NCBI GenBank assembly: GCA_038207085.1
Contig: JBBRAE010000006.1
Location: forward strand, 1,818-65,817
Direction of reading: 5' to 3'
Source: Armatimonadota bacterium
GTDB taxonomy: Bacteria; Armatimonadota; UBA5829; DTLH01
DNA: 64,000 nucleotides
A program made the position numbers and the translations under genes. Below the pieces are notes generated by a model. The model was not told the origin of the DNA. It saw only the letters and a program-made list of their open reading frames with translations, and made no database searches. Shown one piece after another: positions 47,090-56,540 of this stretch (position 1 is the first letter of the stretch; every line of letters starts with the position of its first letter).

Positions 47090-49126
47090 TCAGCTGACCA
47101 GCTCAGCGGCTCCCCATAGCAGCACATGCCGATCCTTGGCGAAATGCGCCGCATCTGCCGTAAACCCGCCGGGACAAACCAGCAGGCCCTGCACGATACG
47201 ACTCCCCCGAGGCAGCACGTCGCTCAGTTCTCTGACCGCCCGGACGTCCGCGGGTGAAGACCAGTTCCTGCACTGCACGAAGAGCGTAATCTCTGAGCCC
47301 AGCTCATCTCTCATACGCGCGATCAGGTCGACTCCTCCACCGTGTGAAGGCGGTGACATCTCCACCTCATAGCCCAGGCGTTCAAGACGGTATTTTGCGA
47401 GCATATCGAGCTCCGGGCCGGACAACTCCGAGATTGAGACATCCCTGGCGCTGGTGCGTTGACGTCTGGGCGGCTCCAGGTTGAAGATACCGAAGAGCTC
47501 TTTCTCCGTGAGACTCCCTCCGAGGTCCATGCACACGTCATCCACATATTCGGTGAAGAGGCTCTTCTTGCTCCGCAGTATCTGATGGATGCGCTCCTCT
47601 ATAGTGTCTTCGCAAATGTACTTGTAAACGCTGACGCCCCGAGTCTGCCCGATCCGGTGGGAGCGGTCTTCGGCCTGCGACTCGCTCGCCGGGTTCCACC
47701 AACGGTCGAAGTGGAAAACGTAGGATGCGCTCTGAAGATTCAGCCCGACTCCCCCGGCTCGAAGCGACAGGATCATGACACCGGCTTCGGGATTGTCTCG
47801 GAAGGCTCTCGTGGCTTCTTCGCGCTGGCCGATGCTCATGTCTCCTGTATAAAGCACCGGCCCGAACCTCGCAAGCGCACGCCCGAGGCGATAAACTCCG
47901 TAGGTCTCGCTCGTAAACTGCGAGAAGATCAGCGCCTTATGCCCCTCCTCCCGAAGCGCGCTGAGTCTTCTGACCATATCCTCCAGCTTGGATGAGCGAC
48001 CCGATTCGGTGGCGAAATTGCATATCTGCTTCAGCCTGGTGATAAGAGCGAGCACATCTGTTACGGTGGCGTCCTGTCCCTTATCGCAAAGCAGAGCCGT
48101 ACCCGTTCCCAGCAGACCGCCATACTCCTCTCGCTGCTCTTTCGTAAGCGGTACCGCGAGTACGGTTGTGAGCTTAGGTGGCAGGTCCGAAAGAACCTCC
48201 GATTTCTTCCTTCTGAGCTGAATCTCCGCAAGCCTGGACCGGATATCTTCATCTTTGATGGGGCCGGGGATGAGGAACGACATTATCGAGCGAAGGTCCT
48301 CGACGCTGTTCTCCAGTGGGGTCCCCGTGAGCGCCCACCGGCGCTCAGAGGTGATGCTGCACACCGCTCCGCTGACCGCGGACTCCTTGTTCTTAATCCG
48401 CTGCGCTTCGTCCAGACAGACCAGGTCCCATCCAACTTGCGATGCTCGAATGCGGCCTATGTCCGAGCGCAGCGTCTCATAGCTGACTATCTTGACGTGG
48501 ACGCGTGAGTCCCATTTCCACACCCTTTGCGCGGCGGACCCCGTGATCTCGACGGTTCTAAGCTCCGGCGCCCACTTTGCCATCTCCGCCCGCCAATTCC
48601 TGATGACCCCGGCAGGAGCGACGATGAGGGTGGTTTCGATCTCTCTTCTCCTGGTGAGCAGCCGGATGGCCGCAGCTGCCTGAACGGTCTTGCCGAGGCC
48701 CATGTCGTCCGCTAAAAGGATATGAGGGCGCTCGATGAGCATCCTGATCCCGGTCCGCTGGAATTCCATCAATTCCGAGGGCCATTCTATCGGGCCCGAT
48801 GCCGCGAGGCATATCGAGAGCGGCGGCTGAAGTAGTGCGGCGAGCCTTTTGTTCAGAGACGGCATCTCCGGCGCTGGATCGGACCTGTTGCGGCTGATCG
48901 CGCCGCCTTCCCTGTTTTGGGGCCAAAAAAACGGTGGGACAGCTGTCGATTCATCCCCCTGCCATGGCGCGAGGCTGAGAGAAACCGAGCCACTGTCCGT
49001 GGTTTTCGTTCTGCGTTCGAGCGTCTGCAAAGCTCCTACTTCAGGAACGCTTCGCATGGCCGTGTGCGTGCCGGAGGACGTTGGGAAGGCCGCAGTTGTG
49101 TTTATTAAATAGCTGACGGCACTCAT
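47090..49126 (-). CDS. SNF2-family helicase/translocase fused to a C-terminal Mrr-like (PD-(D/E)XK restriction endonuclease-like) domain
   Basis: SNF2 motifs LADDMGLGKTVQ (I), LVCLDEAQRIKN (II), ALTGTPLEN (III), and GGVGLNLQSASYVFHFDRWWNPASESQAEDRSHRIGQ (V-VI). The C-terminal 130 aa carry GGVDLIAR...LFVQCRNW, which is Mrr_cat-like. Confidence 0.85.
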   Translation of the reverse strand: MSAVSYLINTTAAFPTSSGTHTAMRSVPEVGALQTLERRTKTTDSGSVSLSLAPWQGDESTAVPPFFWPQNREGGAISRNRSDPAPEMPSLNKRLAALLQPPLSICLAASGPIEWPSELMEFQRTGIRMLIERPHILLADDMGLGKTVQAAAAIRLLTRRREIETTLIVAPAGVIRNWRAEMAKWAPELRTVEITGSAAQRVWKWDSRVHVKIVSYETLRSDIGRIRASQVGWDLVCLDEAQRIKNKESAVSGAVCSITSERRWALTGTPLENSVEDLRSIMSFLIPGPIKDEDIRSRLAEIQLRRKKSEVLSDLPPKLTTVLAVPLTKEQREEYGGLLGTGTALLCDKGQDATVTDVLALITRLKQICNFATESGRSSKLEDMVRRLSALREEGHKALIFSQFTSETYGVYRLGRALARFGPVLYTGDMSIGQREEATRAFRDNPEAGVMILSLRAGGVGLNLQSASYVFHFDRWWNPASESQAEDRSHRIGQTRGVSVYKYICEDTIEERIHQILRSKKSLFTEYVDDVCMDLGGSLTEKELFGIFNLEPPRRQRTSARDVSISELSGPELDMLAKYRLERLGYEVEMSPPSHGGGVDLIARMRDELGSEITLFVQCRNWSSPADVRAVRELSDVLPRGSRIVQGLLVCPGGFTADAAHFAKDRHVLLWGAAELVS

Positions 49127-49653
49127 GGCTCGAAAAGATCGGGGTAGACTTCCCGCAGCCCGATCTCGGCCCTCTCGAACGGTTCGAGCAGCAGCCCACG
49201 AACGGCGATTATGTTAATCAGACGCCTCGCCGGGGAGTTTTCGTCCTGTTCTATAGTCCATTGGAGCAAAATATCGCCGTCTAGTTCGGAATCTTCGGGA
49301 GGCGGTTCCTGGGATATAAGAACGATCGGGGTCTCGACCTGTATCTGCTCCGAAAACAGCCTTGAATCGACTTCATCTGCCCGGCACACGATGACAAGCG
49401 GCGCCACCGGGCACGCATCGAATATGGCCGCTGCCAGAGACCTCACGCATGTGAGAAAAAAGTCCTCGGGACGCCAAAGGGTAGGGGATGGCGCCTGCAC
49501 TCTGGCATACGTGAACTCCACCGGCTCCCCGGCGGCATCGATCATAAGCATCGCCCCGAGCCAGAAATCGTCGGCCACATGCGGCAGGAACCTTAGGAAA
49601 CCCGCCGCACCTGGAGGGTCGTCGGTTATTCCGTGGAATGGGATTGGGGACAT
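49123..49653 (-). CDS. Hypothetical protein (176 aa), operon partner of the SNF2-nuclease gene
   Basis: Start overlaps the upstream gene stop and stop overlaps the downstream gene start (ATGA-type coupling). No recognisable motif. Confidence 0.5.
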   Translation of the reverse strand: MSPIPFHGITDDPPGAAGFLRFLPHVADDFWLGAMLMIDAAGEPVEFTYARVQAPSPTLWRPEDFFLTCVRSLAAAIFDACPVAPLVIVCRADEVDSRLFSEQIQVETPIVLISQEPPPEDSELDGDILLQWTIEQDENSPARRLINIIAVRGLLLEPFERAEIGLREVYPDLFEP

Positions 49654-49659
49654 AATCGG

Positions 49660-50910
49660 CTAACCCTCCCCAGTTTCCTCCCGCGAAAGCTCCACATCCT
49701 CCGAGTAATCCGGCGTCATCTCCTCTACGACTACCTCGGGCCTATATTCCGGGTAGAGCAGCATCATATCCCACTGGGTTATCCACGACTTGACGTGCTC
49801 TCGTATTGACCTCGAAGCCAGCAGCTCTCCGCCCTGCGCGGGAGGAGCGTCCCACTCGAATGCGCGGGAGTGAAGAAGGCGGACCCGTTCCTTCAGTTCC
49901 TTAAACTCATCAAGCTTCACCGACCTGAGTGATTTTGCGCGCCTCAGCACCTTCATTCCGGCTTCGGCGTCGCGCGCGAGCTCAATGTCGCCGGCGCGGC
50001 CCCGATCCCGCAGCCATTCCGGAATCTCCGAGTCTCTCTTCTGCTCCTCGGCCGTGGCCCAAAAGTCATCGGTGATCGAGAATACGGGGAGCAGTCCCGA
50101 AATCTTGATATCCTTCACGACCCCTGCGAGCCGGGCCACCTGGGCATACGACTTGGCGCGTTGCAGCTTGCTGTAGCGAAGCATCAGCTCCACTTCATCG
50201 ATCAGCACTACCCAACCGGTGTATCCCGCAGCGTGAAAGAGCCTTGGCAGAAACCTCCACAGATGGACACCGAGTTCCCTCTGCGGCATGGTCGTGACCC
50301 TGTAGTAGTTATGGAGCTGAATCTCCTTCAGCGCTCTCCTGATGTCGGACACCTTCATCGGGTATCCCGACCACTCCCAGGCTGCCTGATCGAGAAACTC
50401 CTCGGCCCCAGCGGGGTGGTCTTCGATGATCTTGAGCAGCGGCGCGAACCTGCCCGCGAGTGCAGGCTGTTCGACCGCCCATTTGAAAAGCAGCGAGAAT
50501 CGTTCGCCGGTGAGTCTCTCCGAGAAGAGCACTTCAGGCACCGCTCGTCCGGCCGTTTCCACAAGCGCTGCCGTCTCAGCCGCGGCACGGACCAGCTTCA
50601 GTCCGTCGAAAAGTGGTGTCTCCTTGCTTATGACCACGTGGCTGCACACGCACCGCTGCTCCATGGCCTCGTGTCTCAGATACTCGAGCAGATGCGACTT
50701 GCCAGCGCCGAACCCGCCGGAGATGACCATCGCCCGGGGCGAGGTATCGTCTTTCTGTGCCGATTCCTCCAGTTCCCAGAGCATCTCCGTGAATTTCTGG
50801 GTGATGTCCCCCTGGAAAACCGGGAGTTGGCGGACCGCGTCGCGGTTGGGAACCCCCGCACGCAGCGCTTCGATCGCGCGTCTTGCCATTAGTCTGCCGT
50901 CGTTATTCAT
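49660..50910 (-). CDS. P-loop NTPase (Walker A/B), tentatively BrxD/DUF2791-like ATPase
   Basis: Walker A AMVISGGFGAGKSHLLEYL and Walker B GWVVLIDEVE. 416 aa. Confidence 0.6.
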   Translation of the reverse strand: MNNDGRLMARRAIEALRAGVPNRDAVRQLPVFQGDITQKFTEMLWELEESAQKDDTSPRAMVISGGFGAGKSHLLEYLRHEAMEQRCVCSHVVISKETPLFDGLKLVRAAAETAALVETAGRAVPEVLFSERLTGERFSLLFKWAVEQPALAGRFAPLLKIIEDHPAGAEEFLDQAAWEWSGYPMKVSDIRRALKEIQLHNYYRVTTMPQRELGVHLWRFLPRLFHAAGYTGWVVLIDEVELMLRYSKLQRAKSYAQVARLAGVVKDIKISGLLPVFSITDDFWATAEEQKRDSEIPEWLRDRGRAGDIELARDAEAGMKVLRRAKSLRSVKLDEFKELKERVRLLHSRAFEWDAPPAQGGELLASRSIREHVKSWITQWDMMLLYPEYRPEVVVEEMTPDYSEDVELSREETGEG

Positions 50911-51904
50911 CGCTCGCCCCGCTTTCTCCTACCCGGACCATGGCCGCCAGAAGGTCCTGGCGGGAGACGTCGTGCACCTCGCTGAACAGGCGGCTCTGCA
51001 GAGCGTAGTATCCGAATATGGACCTCTTTTCATCCGTCTCGATCGCATCCGGCGCCGCCGCACAGATGAGGCAGTGTGTGATCTCGTCGGTCTCATCTAT
51101 GAACTGCCTCAGCACTTCATAGGCATCGAGGAGAGAACTGCGGCTGTAGTGGAGCGTGTTCAGGTCGTCATCCATCCCCCTTGGACGCACGGCGAGAAGC
51201 GCCGACAGGTCGATCCCGACGACCAGCCCCTTGCCGATCGATCTTGCGAGCCAGTGTGCGAACGCTCTCAGTAGATCACGGGCGTTCTGCCGGTTAATCT
51301 TGGAGTAGATGCGAAGGTCTCGAAGCGCGGAAGCGCCCACCTTTTCACCGCGGAGCCAAGAGCTGATCGTCTCTGTATCGCTCGGGCTGACGTTACGAGG
51401 AAAGAACTGCGCTTTTCGAAGCTGAGAGATGGCAGTGCGAAACTCCTTACACATATCGCGGTCCTGAACGATCTCGTCCGTTGTTGCGCGGCGAAGCTCC
51501 CTCAGCAGTTCTTCGGGGATGAGGCCGTTAGCCGATGCGATGGTTTCGGTGTCGGAAAGCTCGGTGTCCTCGGGCATCAGATAGCCACGTTCACGGAGAA
51601 ACCTGATTCCGTCCAGAATCATGAGAGCATTCCAGTCAATCTGCCTGCTGATGGCGAAGAATACCTGGTCGATTCTGTCCACCCGGGTCTCAGCGGCGGA
51701 TACCTGGACGTATAGGCAGTTCCGCTCCTCGGCCTTGCGGCGCAGATGCTCAAGCGCCACTTTCGATCCGCCAGCGTCTCCGGCGAGCACCAGCTTGAAC
51801 GCGGATCCGCCTTCCATTATAAAGTTCTCAAGATAATAGCTGTCGATTACCCGAAGCCAGTCATCTAAAGTCGCAGTCAAATCATCCACCTCACTCTGAA
51901 GCAT
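50903..51904 (-). CDS. Paralog of the downstream P-loop ATPase with a degenerate Walker A
   Basis: FKLVLAGDAGGSKVALEHL aligns with VISGGFGAGKSHLLEYL of the next gene but lacks the GK[ST] core. Start set to the internal ATG (MLQSEVDD) at 51904 to avoid a 175-nt overlap with the upstream gene. Confidence 0.5.
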   Translation of the reverse strand: MLQSEVDDLTATLDDWLRVIDSYYLENFIMEGGSAFKLVLAGDAGGSKVALEHLRRKAEERNCLYVQVSAAETRVDRIDQVFFAISRQIDWNALMILDGIRFLRERGYLMPEDTELSDTETIASANGLIPEELLRELRRATTDEIVQDRDMCKEFRTAISQLRKAQFFPRNVSPSDTETISSWLRGEKVGASALRDLRIYSKINRQNARDLLRAFAHWLARSIGKGLVVGIDLSALLAVRPRGMDDDLNTLHYSRSSLLDAYEVLRQFIDETDEITHCLICAAAPDAIETDEKRSIFGYYALQSRLFSEVHDVSRQDLLAAMVRVGESGASDE

Positions 51905-52673
51905 TGAACCGGATCGTGCAGTAGAGCCGCCGCTGTCCGTCCCTGGTGATGACGGACAGCATCTTTCTGTCATCCCTGGTGCTGCTGCTTGCCTCAAGGA
52001 CCGCGGTATGGCCCCTGACCTCCAGGCTCTCGCCGGAGGCGTCGAGCAGATACATGTCTCGAACAAACTCCTGCTCGGAATAATCGCTGCCTGGCGCGGC
52101 GGCCATTATCTCATAAATATCGCGCAGGTAGAGTGACTTGCCCGCCCAGGGTTCGGACTTTTTGATGTTGCTGGAGGCGAGTGCCTTGTACACCTTGAAA
52201 AGGGAGGCGAGAAACCGTGCGGCAGGAAATCTGTTTGGTCGGTTTTGGACAGCGCTCAAAATGGCGGCTAGAGTGCGTGGCCGGAGGTGTATCTCGGTCT
52301 TCTTGTCTATCTTGACCGCTCTGCCGGCGGTGTCGAGCCTGAGGATAGCCGGGTACACGTAGAGCACGTCCCCATGCTCGTGATAGTCCACTCCCGACTC
52401 AGCGAGCGCAGCCTTCAACTCGTCCTGATACTCCTCGCATGCGAAATAGTCTGCGATGCCGCAGTCCTCCCAGCTTGAGCTAAACTGCTGTAGTCCTTCA
52501 AGGGCCTTCACCAGTTCCTGCTCCGCGTCTGCGAGCTTCCGCGACAGGGTCTTTATCTCTCCACCGTCCAGCATCTTGAGGCATGCCGAAGCCGCCGTTG
52601 CGCCTTTCCTGGCCGCGCCGACCACTGGCTTCAGAGCCTCCACGCTGCTGGCGATCGTCTCTTCAAATCTCAT
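51891..52673 (-). CDS. Hypothetical protein (260 aa), first gene of the five-gene operon
   Basis: AT-rich putative promoter region directly upstream (52674-52760). No recognisable motif. Confidence 0.5.
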   Translation of the reverse strand: MRFEETIASSVEALKPVVGAARKGATAASACLKMLDGGEIKTLSRKLADAEQELVKALEGLQQFSSSWEDCGIADYFACEEYQDELKAALAESGVDYHEHGDVLYVYPAILRLDTAGRAVKIDKKTEIHLRPRTLAAILSAVQNRPNRFPAARFLASLFKVYKALASSNIKKSEPWAGKSLYLRDIYEIMAAAPGSDYSEQEFVRDMYLLDASGESLEVRGHTAVLEASSSTRDDRKMLSVITRDGQRRLYCTIRFNASE

Positions 52674-53277
52674 TTATAAACTCCCGTTTCTATCGATTCA
52701 ACATATTATTATACGCGAGCGTTCCTCATTCCTTCGTCAATACACAGAGTATCATCTTTGGGGTGTGGACTGTAATACTATTTATAATGAATGGGGCCGT
52801 TTTCAAGGTAACAGCTACTGGAGCTATGACGGGACGGGCGGCTGGGAGGATTGCACGGATCTGGAGATCTGGCGAGTCACACGCAAGAAGGAGCTGCAGG
52901 ATGACCAGCCGGTCGGCTGTTTGTTGATCCGAAGCTGCACGCGGCCGGTTACGGCGAGAAGCTGACCGATCCGACCAAGCTGCCGGAACTGTTCGCTTAC
53001 ACGCTGCAGGCGGACTCGCCGCTGTGGAATGCCGGGCTGGACATGAAAGCGCGCTTCAACATCGACACTGGTGGCAAAGACTTCACCGGCGCCCCTATCC
53101 CCGCGGACAAGCTGCGCTGCGTCGGTGCGTGTGTGAACCTGGGGAAACCGTAATGTAATAGACTTGCCCGGAAATCATCGCTGAGTGGATTCTGAGGCTA
53201 TTTTTTCGTCAGGCAATGCGTAGTGATTTTCACACTTTGGTATGCTGCTGGAACGATTCGATTCAGCCTTCTTCTCA

Positions 53278-53464
53278 AGTCTAAGAGCGTGTCTAAGAAG
53301 TGTAGTGGCCGTCCGTCGTGACGGCCATCGGCTCCGAAGGAGCCGGAAAACGGTGGAATTACGTGCCAATTGAGCATTGATACGAGTAGGGCAGCGCCTA
53401 CGGCGCTGATGGCCGGCACAGCGACCCGCCACTACAATCGGGATTTCTCAGACACGCTCTAAGC
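53278..53464 (+). repeat. Copy 2 of the 187-nt structured terminal-inverted-repeat element
   Basis: About 92 percent identical to 31211-31397 over the full length. Differences are concentrated in hairpin loops. Confidence 0.6.
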
Positions 53465-53640
53465 AGATTTAGTTCCCGCTGCCGTGGGAGATTGTACCGT
53501 CGCTGCGGGAACTGAATTGTGCAAAGCCCATAGTTGGGGCTAATGGAAACGTTCCGGCAGCATACCACGACATGATAATCGCTGCACAATCAACTGTCGC
53601 TGTTCCTCACTCATAGTTAGTACTCATCAAGACTGAACTT

Positions 53641-55170
53641 TTACCTTTCCCCGAACGCCACCCCACGCACATACTCGTTCGTCCGCACCAGCGAATCTGC
53701 CGTGCTGGCGATCGTTTTGCCATTCACCGTAAGACCAAGAAACCGGACATTCTCTATCATGTGCTCGGTGTCGCAGCCCTTAATGTCGATGCTGGGTATG
53801 TCTACGCCGCGCACATCAATTCCGCTGAACACAACGTTGCGCACCCGTCAGACTCCGCTGTCCTTGGCCCAGACATCCTTCTGATTGTCAATCTTCACCA
53901 ATGCTCGGCCCATGTGATCGTCGCAGGAGCTTTTCGGATACTCCACAGACATACGCTCAAATATGACATCCTCGACGGTACCACTGTCACTGACGTGCAC
54001 GCCAATCGGCCAGTTGCGAGCAAAGATCACATCACAATCGGTGAATCGAACATTTCGTATGTTGGCCCGCGTCTCATAGGATATCCCGAACGCATAGCCC
54101 CAGTCGTTCCATGCCACGCAACGTTCATAGCGGATGTTCTCAGCCTTAAGCTCCGGGTTGGTCGTCTTGACCACGAAACTGTCGTCGTGATTGCGGATGA
54201 AGCAGTCACGAACAGTTATATTTGAGGAACTCACGCAGTTGATACCATCACTGTTCAACCTCCCACTTATCCCACAGACACCCTCAATGGTCACATCGTC
54301 GCAATCAACGATGGGAATGTTCCAGTTAGGTGAATTGCGCAGAGTCACACCCTCGACTCGTACTCGCTGTGAGCGTCCCAGACGAATGAGGTTCTTGGCG
54401 GGATGCGGTAGCAGCGTACCATCCAGAATACCTCGTCCGCAGATTCTAACGTCCTGCACTTCGGCGACATCTATCACTGGGCCAGGGTAATAGTACAGAT
54501 TGAGCACGCCGCTTCGCTTACCGCTGGCGCCGGCTGGCAGCACCCCCCGCACAATGGCGTCACCGTGCAGGTAGACAGTCTGCCCGCTTTTGACCTTGAT
54601 GGTATTCACCCAGTGCTCCCCCGGGCCAAAATAGATCACGTTGGGATCTTCGGGTTTCGGAGCGTTGACTTCCGGCCGATGAGTGAACAGGTGCAGTGGC
54701 TCCTTGTCGGAACCATCAAGTAGCACGGTGATCTGCCGAGGCTTGTCCATACGGAAGCGGACAGTTCGACCCTTCACATCTGCGGTGATACCAGCCGATC
54801 GGGGCAGGATGTCAGCCTTACTAAAATCACGGTCCACAGTTACTGTTACTTCCACAGTCCCTGAGAAATCAAAGCGCGCAAATCCACACCAGTCAGTGGG
54901 CCCATTAAGCATGTGAGTCCATCCGGTGTCTGCGGGGCTGCTGATCTGCTCTCGGACACGAGCACTCCACACAGGAACTGTCACCCCGCCGACCTGAACC
55001 TTGTAAAGAGGAAACGGCGACTCAGTAAGTGGAATGGCCCAGGTAGTCACCTTGCCCATTGTCGTGGCTCCAGCCATCGCCTCTTTCGGCCCCACTGCGC
55101 CGTCTTGGGCAACGCAGACCAACGAAGCAACAACAATGCAAGCGGCAAATACCGCAACCACTCCATTCAA
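53641..55170 (-). pseudogene. GH28-like right-handed beta-helix glycoside hydrolase (polygalacturonase-like) interrupted by an in-frame TGA at 53848-53850
   Basis: A 440-aa ORF (signal peptide, then NSDGINC, RNHDDSF and beta-helix repeats) ends ...AKDSGV-TGA. The same frame continues RVRNVVFSGIDVRG...IENVRFLGLTVNGK for 68 more codons. Confidence 0.5.
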
Positions 55171-55641
55171 GGTTTGACCCTCCTGTTGCGTCCGAATACA
55201 TCTATGGGAACCACGTCCTTAAGCACATGTCTCATGCGTCGAACTTGAGCGGTGTCCAGGGCGTAGGTTCCCCTACTTGAACACGATGTCTTTGGTGTGG
55301 TCCCCAATTTCGACATTTGCCGCGTTCCGTGAAACAGGCCGTCCATATCGCACGACATTCTCAAAGGTAACGTTAGGTACGTCGAACGGGCCGAGTATCC
55401 CATGTTTCCACGTGTTTGTCAACATGTGTATTTTCCTCATTTTCTGCGCCGTCCTCCAGAAATGAGAAAGGTGTGCCCTGCTCTTTTCACAAGGCACACC
55501 AGTGCAAGACTACTGCCGTCTGGGTATATGCCTGATCTGGAGATGTTGTCAATGCAGATCATTGCGTAACTACTCAGGCACGTTGAGTCGGAGTTTATTT
55601 CAAGCAGTTATCATCGTGATGTATGGGGCATGATGTAGCAA

Positions 55642-55872
55642 ATGAAAGCTGCACCCGATCCGAGAGTCGCAATATTGGGATTGTCTCGCAGTGAACTTGT
55701 CGTGCTGGTTGATAGTCTGCTGGAACGGCTGTCGACGTTGGAAGGCAGCCTCCGGCAACTCCAGGAGCAGAATGCCTCGCTCTCCGCCGAGAACGATGCG
55801 CTCCGTGCCCAAGTCAAGGAACTGCTGGATAAGCTGAATAAAGACATTCACAACAACAGCAGCCATCCGTGA
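55642..55872 (+). mobile_element. IS66-family transposase N-terminal fragment (leucine-zipper region only). A remnant.
   Basis: The coiled-coil LERLSTLEGSLRQLQEQNASLSAENDALRAQVKELLDKLNKDIHNNSS resembles the LZ_Tnp_IS66 N-terminus (...LEARL.KNSSNSSKPP). The ORF stops after 76 aa with no zinc-finger or DDE domain following. Confidence 0.5.
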
Positions 55873-55969
55873 CCGCCGACCTCCAGAGTATCGAATGGAA
55901 CCCGCTTGTCGGTTTTTGCTAAAAGAAGCGCTGTTTCTAAGCTCAATTCGCGAAAAAAGCTTAGAAGCG

Positions 55970-56044
55970 TGGTGGGCGATACTGGATTCGAACCAGTGAC
56001 CCCTTCGGTGTGAACGAAGTGCTCTCCCACTGAGCCAATCGCCC
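55970..56044 (-). tRNA. tRNA-Val (anticodon CAC)
   Basis: The reverse complement is GGGCGAT-TG-GCTCAGTGGGAGAGC-A-CTTCG-TTCACAC-CGAAG-GGGTC-ACTGGTTCGAATCCAGT-ATCGCCC-A-CCA. All four stems pair. CCA is encoded. Confidence 0.9.
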
Positions 56045-56109
56045 GTGCTTACTTGCGTAGATTATTGTATACCAACATAACTGTCGTGTCAAGCTTTTTT
56101 GATCTTGCG

Positions 56110-56490
56110 GACCGCTGCGATTTCGGAGGGTTTCGCATCGCTCACGACGCGCTTATCACCACCTACGGCATCGGCGCGATTCTATTTACCATACTGTTTG
56201 TGAAAGAACTGTGAGCCGTCAAGGTGTCGATGTGGTCATATCTCGGAGCACTTTGTCTGTTCATCCTGGCTGCCGGAGTCGACTAGCTGCAGGTCAATTG
56301 GGCGCCGGGCACAAGGGCGCTTACCATATCGAGCATAATCGAGGAGCTCGCCCAGTACATAGCAGAGACCACATTTGTGTTTGCGTTCCTGAGCTATGGG
56401 GTTGACAGAACAGTGCGGTTGATCGCCGGGCTTGGTAACACATCGAGGCGAACGCGCACGGAGTTTGTGGGCGCTTTATCGCGCAAATAG
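56110..56490 (+). pseudogene. Possible fragments of a disrupted membrane transporter gene (MFS-like) split by stop codons
   Basis: Consecutive short frames encode hydrophobic segments: ...ALITTYGIGAILFTILFVKEL-stop, AVKVSMWSYLGALCLFILAAGVD-stop, and ...AQYIAETTFVFAFLSYGVDRTVRLIAGLG. Confidence 0.2.
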
Positions 56491-56495
56491 AGTTG

Positions 56496-56529
56496 TATCG
56501 CTCCGGGAAGCAATCTACCCGGAGCGATA
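56496..56529. terminator. Perfect 12-bp hairpin just downstream of osmC (possible terminator; weak U-tracts on both sides)
   Basis: TATCGCTCCGGG-AAGCAATCTA-CCCGGAGCGATA. ATTTG is on the plus side and TATTTG on the minus side. Confidence 0.35.
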
Positions 56530-56540
56530 ATTTGACTGTG

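Noticed and set aside
55848-56030. 60-aa ORF 55848..56030 on the minus strand
   Set aside because: It overlaps tRNA-Val (55970-56044) almost entirely. It is an artefact of the tRNA sequence.
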